A stretch of 37,728 bases of DNA. It comes from Ministeria vibrans ATCC 50519 (taxonomy: Eukaryota > Protista > Filasterea). The stretch covers positions 1-37,728 of the forward strand of contig CALSCP010002574.1 in the NCBI GenBank assembly GCA_943704425.1, read 5' to 3'. Positions 31,386 to 37,728 of the stretch are shown here, in pieces (position 1 is the stretch's first letter; every line of letters starts with the position of its first letter). A program made the translations under genes and the position numbers. Under the pieces are notes generated by a model. That model was not told where the DNA came from. It was given only the letters and a program-made list of their open reading frames with translations, and ran no database searches.

Positions 31386-34300
31386 ATGACCTCTTCACAA
31401 CCTACCGACGGCCGCGGCTTTAATCGTTGGGTGTCGTATACACGGCGCTCTAGCTTCGTTGTGGAGCAACTCAGAAGAGAAGTTGACGCGACTGTCTCCC
31501 GGCTTTGGGAGCGCCACTTCGCACGCCTGCCTCTGCCAACCTTTACCAGTGCTGTGAGAGCTAAACGACTAAGGTTTGCCGACGATGACGTTGAAACTCG
31601 CTGGCAGAATGCGCTGAACGCAGCAGCAACCGCGCGTGTCAAACCGAAGCCCATTGTGTCCGACATCAAAAGATCCGATTGGGACGACCCGACTGCCCTT
31701 CCCTGGGCACTTGCGCGGGCTCTTGTCAGTTCAAAGACGAGCAAGGAACAGCGAGGCGCCAGTGACTGTGACGAGACGTTCGTCTTTAATTTTCTGCAAA
31801 ACGCGCAAGACACCGAATTGGGCCCTGCTGCTACAAGGCTTTTGCAAAAAGGCCTGTCCCACCGAAATAAATGGGCCCACAGCGAAACAAAAAAGCTCAC
31901 TGCCAACGAGCTGGACGAGTTTACCGAAACCCTGCGGGGCATTCTCCGTTCGGCTATTGGGGGCGTGCCGCCCGAATTTGACGCCATCTCATACACAGGA
32001 CAAGTGCCCCTGAGCCAAGAAGACTTTGCTGCGATGGAAGCCGAGATCAAAGAACTCAAGAGCACGCTCAAGCAGAGAAAATCACGCACGGTCACCTACG
32101 ACTTGCCACCAGACGTCGCTCACTATGTTCCACGAGCGATCGAGACCGACGCGATCGTACGCGCACTTTTACATCAGCCATGTGCTTCTGTTGCCATCAC
32201 TGGTATGGGTGGTGCCGGCAAGTCGGTGCTGGCGGTTGCTGTTGCTCACGACCAACGAGTTGCCGAGCGATTCACCCGCGTCTTCTGGGTCAAGCGAGGC
32301 GTCAAGCCAACGTTGTCCTTCCGCGACACACTCGTCGACCTGGCGGGCGCCTTGGGCATCGAGCCGCCGGAATCGCACATTCGCGAATCAACAACCGCCG
32401 TGTGTCAGTGGCTGTGCGGCTCGGACGTTGACTGTCTTGCAGACACGCTGCTTGTGATTGATGACATCTGGTCGGGCGATACCCACGACATAGCCACGCT
32501 GAAGCGCTTTTGGAACGTGGCGTCTGGACGCGCGCTTCTTGTGACGACCCGCCTCACCGGTCATTTCCTCGACCACACCTCCCACTTTCAACTTGATGTG
32601 CCTTCTCGACAGCTCGCCGAGGAGATGCTGCGTCTCGCTGCCGAAATCGACTCCCTTCCGCCTGTTGCGTCCAAGATTATTGACGCGGTTGACTCACTTC
32701 CTCTCGCGCTCGGTATATTGGGCACGTATCTCCGATCGAAACCTCCGCGAAAGTGGGACCAGTACGAGGAGGACTTGCGCAGAATGAATGTGGCATGGGG
32801 CAATTTCATCACTAGTGGCGGCGCGGACAACCTCTCCCTCTATAGCACCATTCAGCTGAGTTTAGAAGAGCTACCTGGCCTGGAGGAGTGCTACCTCGAC
32901 CTTGCCGTATTCCCTCGAGGTGCTATTCCTCGCGCTACTCTTGACACGCTCTGGGGTACGCGGTCTTTCACGTTTGGCACTAGGATTGCCGACGAGCTCG
33001 TGGAGCGTTCGCTGGCGCGGGAGAACGCCGACGGCTCATCTCTCTATCTGCATGATCTCCAGCATGACTTTGCTGCATTCAAATGTTCAGACATCTCTCA
33101 TCGCCACGCCAAGCTGCTTCAGGCGTATTCAGCGAGTACAGCAGAGGGCAAGTGGTGGGAGACGGATGATGATGGCTACTTCTACGACCACTGTGTCGAG
33201 CACTTGGTCAAGGCCGAGCGTCAGGCGGACGCCACGGCGCTTCTTCTAGAGTTTTCATGGCTGCAGCGTTGCCTCGCCGTCTCCTTTGGCACCTTGGATC
33301 ACAACCTCGCGTACATCCGTGAACATGTAGTTAATCTTGGTAATGACCCTGAGATTTACATTGCGATCCATTGCATTGCACGCCGCGCCCGAGATGTCTT
33401 GCTCAAGTCCGACACACTCTCGCTTGAGTTTGCCAGTCAGCTCTACGGCTCTCTCAAAGGATCTCGCATTGCAACGGCACCACTTGAGACATTACTTCAA
33501 TCAATTCGTTCATTCGCGTCCTCTCACTTGCCGTTATGGCTCGAGCCCGTCTGGAACGTACCCGCTTTGGAGCCGCCCACGTCCCCGCTCGTCTCTCGAC
33601 TCTATGGGCACACGTCAAATGTGACCGCCATTGCGGTGCTTGTGCATCCACATTCGCCACCCCTCGTTGTGTCGGCTGCCTTCAACGGCGAAGTTTGCGT
33701 GTGGGACATGTCCACGTACAAATGTGTACGGTCCGCTCCGCATATGCTGCACACCAGCTGTGATAATATTCTCGTTGCGCCTGACAAACTCACGTTTGTG
33801 CTCTGCTGTGAACGGAAACTCTTTCGCTTCGTCAATGCAGAGAACCTCGCTGTTCTCTCCGACTACCATGTGCCACAGAAGGAAGCATTATCGCCTGGCT
33901 GTGGTGGGCACGGTGCGCGTTGTACTCTCGCCGAGTGCGATGGGTTGTCTGTGCTTGTGATCATTGGTGCAAAGGCGCTGTTCGTCGTAAGCATGGACAC
34001 GCACAAACTCGTGAAGACACTTCCTTTGGAGTTACACAAGAGATCCGGACTTGGTGCAGCCTACTGTGTGCACGTTGCTCGCGGCCCTGGATTGGAGGAA
34101 GTAACTGTGTCGAATAGTGCTGGCTACCTTCTTCTGTGGGACTTGAAACGTGATGTACCGCTGTTTGCTTCTTACATTCTCGGGCTCGGCGACTTTCATA
34201 ATATTCGCACTCTATGGTCTGGTGTGAATCGCACCATGGTCACTTGGTCCAACAAAGCTGTCGCATTGTGGCAGTTGCCAGAAGCGACGGAGCTCACGCC

Positions 34301-35760
34301 GCCAGTACACTCTCCAACTGGTTGTGTCTATCGTACGCGAATTGTACATCTCCCCGCTAAGAAGTCTCAGGTGATATCGGTGCGTGGACAAAAGCAATGG
34401 TGCCATAACCCGTCCAATTCGGGCGATGGGTTTAGCATTGAGTTTATCAGCGATGTCTTGTCCGAGCGCGGTGTCCACTTTGGAGAAAGACGAATTGTGT
34501 TTGGCGTTGGAGTCGAACTGGTCGACCTGATGGTTCAGCAGGAAACACAGTCAATGTATTTGATTTTCAGGTCGGGTCGCATCTCCAAGCTTGTTGCGGG
34601 TGACTGCGTTGATGAACAGCTTGTATACAAACGCACCCAAAATGCGGCCTTGCCCGTTTTCGTGCTGCCACCCGGCAATCTACTTGTCTCGGCCGAGTGG
34701 CATGAATTGATCGTACTCAATCCCGCGCACTCTCCGCAAACTACGCACGAGAACATTTCCGTGTCTGCACACCAAGGCAACAAAATTGCAGTGTCCAACG
34801 ACCAAGGGCAACTTCTTTTTTTGGACGCGATGTCAATGCGACCACTTGAGACGCCCACGTGTGCCGGTCGTATGGTCGGCGACGGGATATTATATTTTGA
34901 AGAATTTCACGGGGGCGCATTGATCGACATTTGGACCAACCAGAGGACTCCAGTGCCTGCGCATGTGGTTAGTAGCTACGGCACCGAAGCGCAGTGCACC
35001 TTCCGTCATCGCAACGGCGACGTCTACGCGGTCTTTGAAGGATGCTCATGGAGGTGGTCACGCGCAAAGTTCAAGCAAGTTCTTCAGAAGTTACCTCATT
35101 CTGGCCTTGTGAGTGGCATTGTCGTCCTTTGCGAAGAGCAGATTGCAGTGTTTCGCGATCATTGCGGCATTCAAGTGTGGCTCTTGGCAGACGGTCGTCC
35201 CGGCGACCACTCATCCACCGAGAAACCGTCGTCCCGCGTGAAGACATCCCCTGAAGACACGTCTCTCCCAGCGCCTTCAGTCGACCTGGGGACGTGCAGC
35301 GATCGTCTCAGCTCTATGCGACTCGTCACGCGACGCATTGCGAGTGTTGGTGATGACCGGTGCTTTGTGTCTGCCTCGGGGGATGCTACTGAAGAGATTA
35401 TGGTACAAGATTCACAAGGTCAATTGTTAGGGTCGCTCATCTTTTTGTTCCGTTTTGGCTCTTTAGGTGTGGCGAGTGGAACCAGAAGCGGGAACGGCGA
35501 AGCTCGTGAGGCGAATGGGTGATGGGGTGTCCCGGGGCGCTTTTGGACTTGCGGTTTCTCCTGACACGCACTTGATTGCGGTTGCGTTCTACGAACCCCC
35601 GTCTCTACAGGTGTGGGACCGCGCAACATGTCAGTTGATTGCCCGCTGTCCAATCGATTTACCGTCAACCACCGAAATAACGAGTGCGGCAGTTTTCCTG
35701 GACAATCGACATGTTGTTCTCGCATGTCGCAGAGGGGTCCTTCTGTACCGCATTCCCTAG
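31386..35760 (+). CDS. APAF1/NLR-like STAND ATPase: N-terminal HEPN-like domain, NB-ARC, helical domain and WD40 repeats
   Basis: RNKWAH (31863-31880), Walker A GMGGAGKS (~32202), Walker B LLVIDDIW, LLVTTR, SLPLAL, LHDL, DDGYFYDHCVEHL...EFSWLQ helical domain, GHTSNVTAI...VCVWD WD40. One predicted phase-0 intron 35403-35466 joins to VWRVEP...YRIP*. Confidence 0.85.
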
Positions 35761-36589
35761 TGATCATGATTGTGTGAAGAAGAAATAATTGTAACAAATT
35801 AGAAGAAGACGAAGACATTTCCAATTTATTATCAATCACAAACGAAAAGCGACAACACAAACAGCTCAGAACCACTTTCTAAGCTACGGAAGCGTCGAGA
35901 GGAGCGGAGAAGTTAATAAATAATTATTATTAGTATTATAATAATTAGTATTGATATTTATCGCGAACACTTCAAATTATAATGAGAACACGAGAGATAC
36001 TTGGCGGAGGTTGTCCACTGCCTCCTTCACCGACACAGTTTTTTCCCGCTTTGTAACACTTGCACTGCGCTAGCTCAAAGACGATAATTATTATGTTTGC
36101 CCTTCATAGCACACCCTCCGTTTTGGGGGGTTCAATTTGGGCCATCGTTTAGTAGATCGTCTGCGGCAACGTTGTCTGTGAGCGAGTCACACAAAAGAGT
36201 AGTTCGGGTTGGGGATAAAATCATAGGGTCAGATTCTTCACTTCACATCTCCAAAGTTGCCCAATGACAGCGCGTTCGTCAATCGTCGCCGACGTGAATC
36301 GAAGTTTGATATCATAGGCACTCAACAGTCGCAGATCAGGCAAAATAAGGTGTGATGCACCAACGGCTCCGTCGCGACTCTCACCCTTCGACGAGGGCGG
36401 GAAGTTCTCGTATTTGACTCGATTTCCGCTTTCCTTTCTTCGAATGCTGCGCAAAGTCCGGCGTAACGTTCATAGCTGCAGACGTTGCTTGACTCCGGGT
36501 GAGGACCATAATGAATGGCAGAAACGTTGGGAGTTTCCAAGGAAAAGGGGGAAAAATGTTCATTAATTTTGAATTTTGATCTTTAGTTT

Positions 36590-37290
36590 AAACAACAACA
36601 CAGTCCCTCAGTCTCTCTCTCAGTGGTAGAGCGTTGATGCCAGCAACGAGTCGACGACGAGAAAAACAGTGTGATAATCAGATAATGGAACTTTTTTGAA
36701 AATAATTTAGTTATGATCTAATAACTGAAAAATAGGGTTGTTAGCAGACCTGGAAAAACAAAGTGATAATGAGAAACTGATACCAACGTAAGTGGAGTGA
36801 TAATAGGCCTGTTAAGGCCGAAACAAAGCAGTAGAAGAGCAGTAGCAGAGCCCGAACACACACTTATTCACACACTATTTTATGAAAGGAGTTGTTGTCT
36901 TGCTTCCATTAACGCATATCCCTAGCTAGTATGTTAGACCCTTTCGGGCGGCAGCGCAGTAGGGTTAAAACGTAGTGATAAGCCACGAGCAGGGGGATGG
37001 CCAGAGAGAATAGGTCAAACGAGTAAGGCGGGTAAGAGCACGTAAGTGTGCAGCTCGTGATATTTCATAGTCAAATAAAAAGTGTAGGTTAATAGGCCTG
37101 TAAAACCAAGTCTGTTAGTCGAGGCGAAAGCCGAGTGATAAGTATCGTAATAGTAGGTAAAGAGGGCCTGAATAAAATAGTGTAGCAAGCCACTGATATA
37201 ATGCTACGGGCACTAACTGGTGCTCCCTTCAGGGAACGTGATAAACTTGTGATACTCAATAACTATGTGTGTTGTGTAATGAATGTTTAC
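36590..37290 (+). ncRNA. Putative large, highly structured non-coding RNA of unknown family (~700 nt; boundaries approximate)
   Basis: No ORF. Many mutually compatible nested helices with G-U pairs that work only on the + strand, GNRA-capped hairpins, purine-rich linkers and repeated GUGAUA motifs (see findings). Confidence 0.6.
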
Positions 37291-37572
37291 TGTGGAAGTG
37301 GCATGGGTAGAGATCCTCTCACGTTGCAACTGTTTGCGCGGTGACCAGAATCGTACAGGTCCCCGTTGTGCCAGCCTTGGTCGACCCTACAGAGAGTGAA
37401 GAAGAGCCATATACCGCATCGCTATCATTCCAGCCGCAGCGTGTTCCAGCCGTATTTCGGCAAGTTTGGAATACGACAGCACCGCCTGAGTCGTGCAGCT
37501 CTGTCTGGCGACCATAGTCATCAAACCCTGTCTGCTCAAACCAGCAGAAATAGCTATCGGTGGATAGCTGCG

Positions 37573-37620
37573 AGGGTTAGGGTTAGGGTTAGGGTTAGGG
37601 TTAGGGTTAGGGTTAGGGTT
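37573..37620 (+). repeat. Interstitial telomeric repeat (AGGGTT)8
   Basis: Eight perfect TTAGGG-phase units flanked by non-telomeric sequence. Confidence 0.95.
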
Positions 37621-37728
37621 CAGTTTTATTCATTTCTTCCTTCCCCAGCAAACTCCTGTGCGTACTGCCGGGCGTTCGTTGATCAATCTGATCGACTTTT
37701 TCAAATTTGAAAAAGCAAAAAGAGGAAA

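Noticed and set aside
36221-36563. Short minus-strand ORFs between the STAND gene and the structured block
   Set aside because: No recognisable domain or consistent splice model.
36797-36825. Hammerhead ribozyme (GGCC-loop-GGCC-GAAAC resembles stem II plus GAAA)
   Set aside because: The required CUGANGA core is absent immediately 5' of the stem (GUGAUAAUA instead), and no convincing stems I/III were found.
36958-36970. Telomerase RNA template (minus strand UAACCCUA)
   Set aside because: Only 8 nt, and on the strand opposite to that favoured by the G-U pairs and GNRA loops. Not fully excluded without transcript data.
37366-37710. 114-aa ORF containing RVRVRV
   Set aside because: Non-ATG start, no recognisable domain, and the RV run is simply the translated telomeric repeat.

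Overview
Gene-dense, intron-containing eukaryotic DNA. It has short GT-AG introns, (GA)n/(ATT)n microsatellites, two N-gaps and TTAGGG repeats. The gene set (MAGI, claudin-like, APAF1-like STAND, ZFYVE19, Rheb) suggests a unicellular holozoan such as a choanoflagellate or filasterean, which is inference only. About 19 protein genes can be reconstructed by eye: MAGI-like, DCP1, MCTS1, mL53, ZFYVE19, claudin-like, F-box/TM, nucleoside hydrolase (partial), GPKOW, ATRIP-like, DUS2, NTPDase, TMEM53-like, PYROXD2, Rheb, ENGase, CRT-like transporter, ATP synthase gamma and a HEPN-NB-ARC-WD40 protein. Three observations stand out. (1) A ~700-nt ORF-free segment at ~36590-37290 folds into a large nested RNA structure with GNRA-capped hairpins, strand-specific G-U pairs, ten recurring (G/C)UGAUA motifs and a tRNA-Gly-like 5' element; I cannot assign it to any known eukaryotic ncRNA. 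(2) Just upstream on the same strand is an NLR/APAF1-like gene whose N-terminal effector has an RxxxxH HEPN RNase motif. (3) The mL53 gene is split around a four-gene block bounded by (GA)n tracts and an N-gap, probably a scaffolding misjoin. All calls come from motif recognition and manual pairing; no searches were run.
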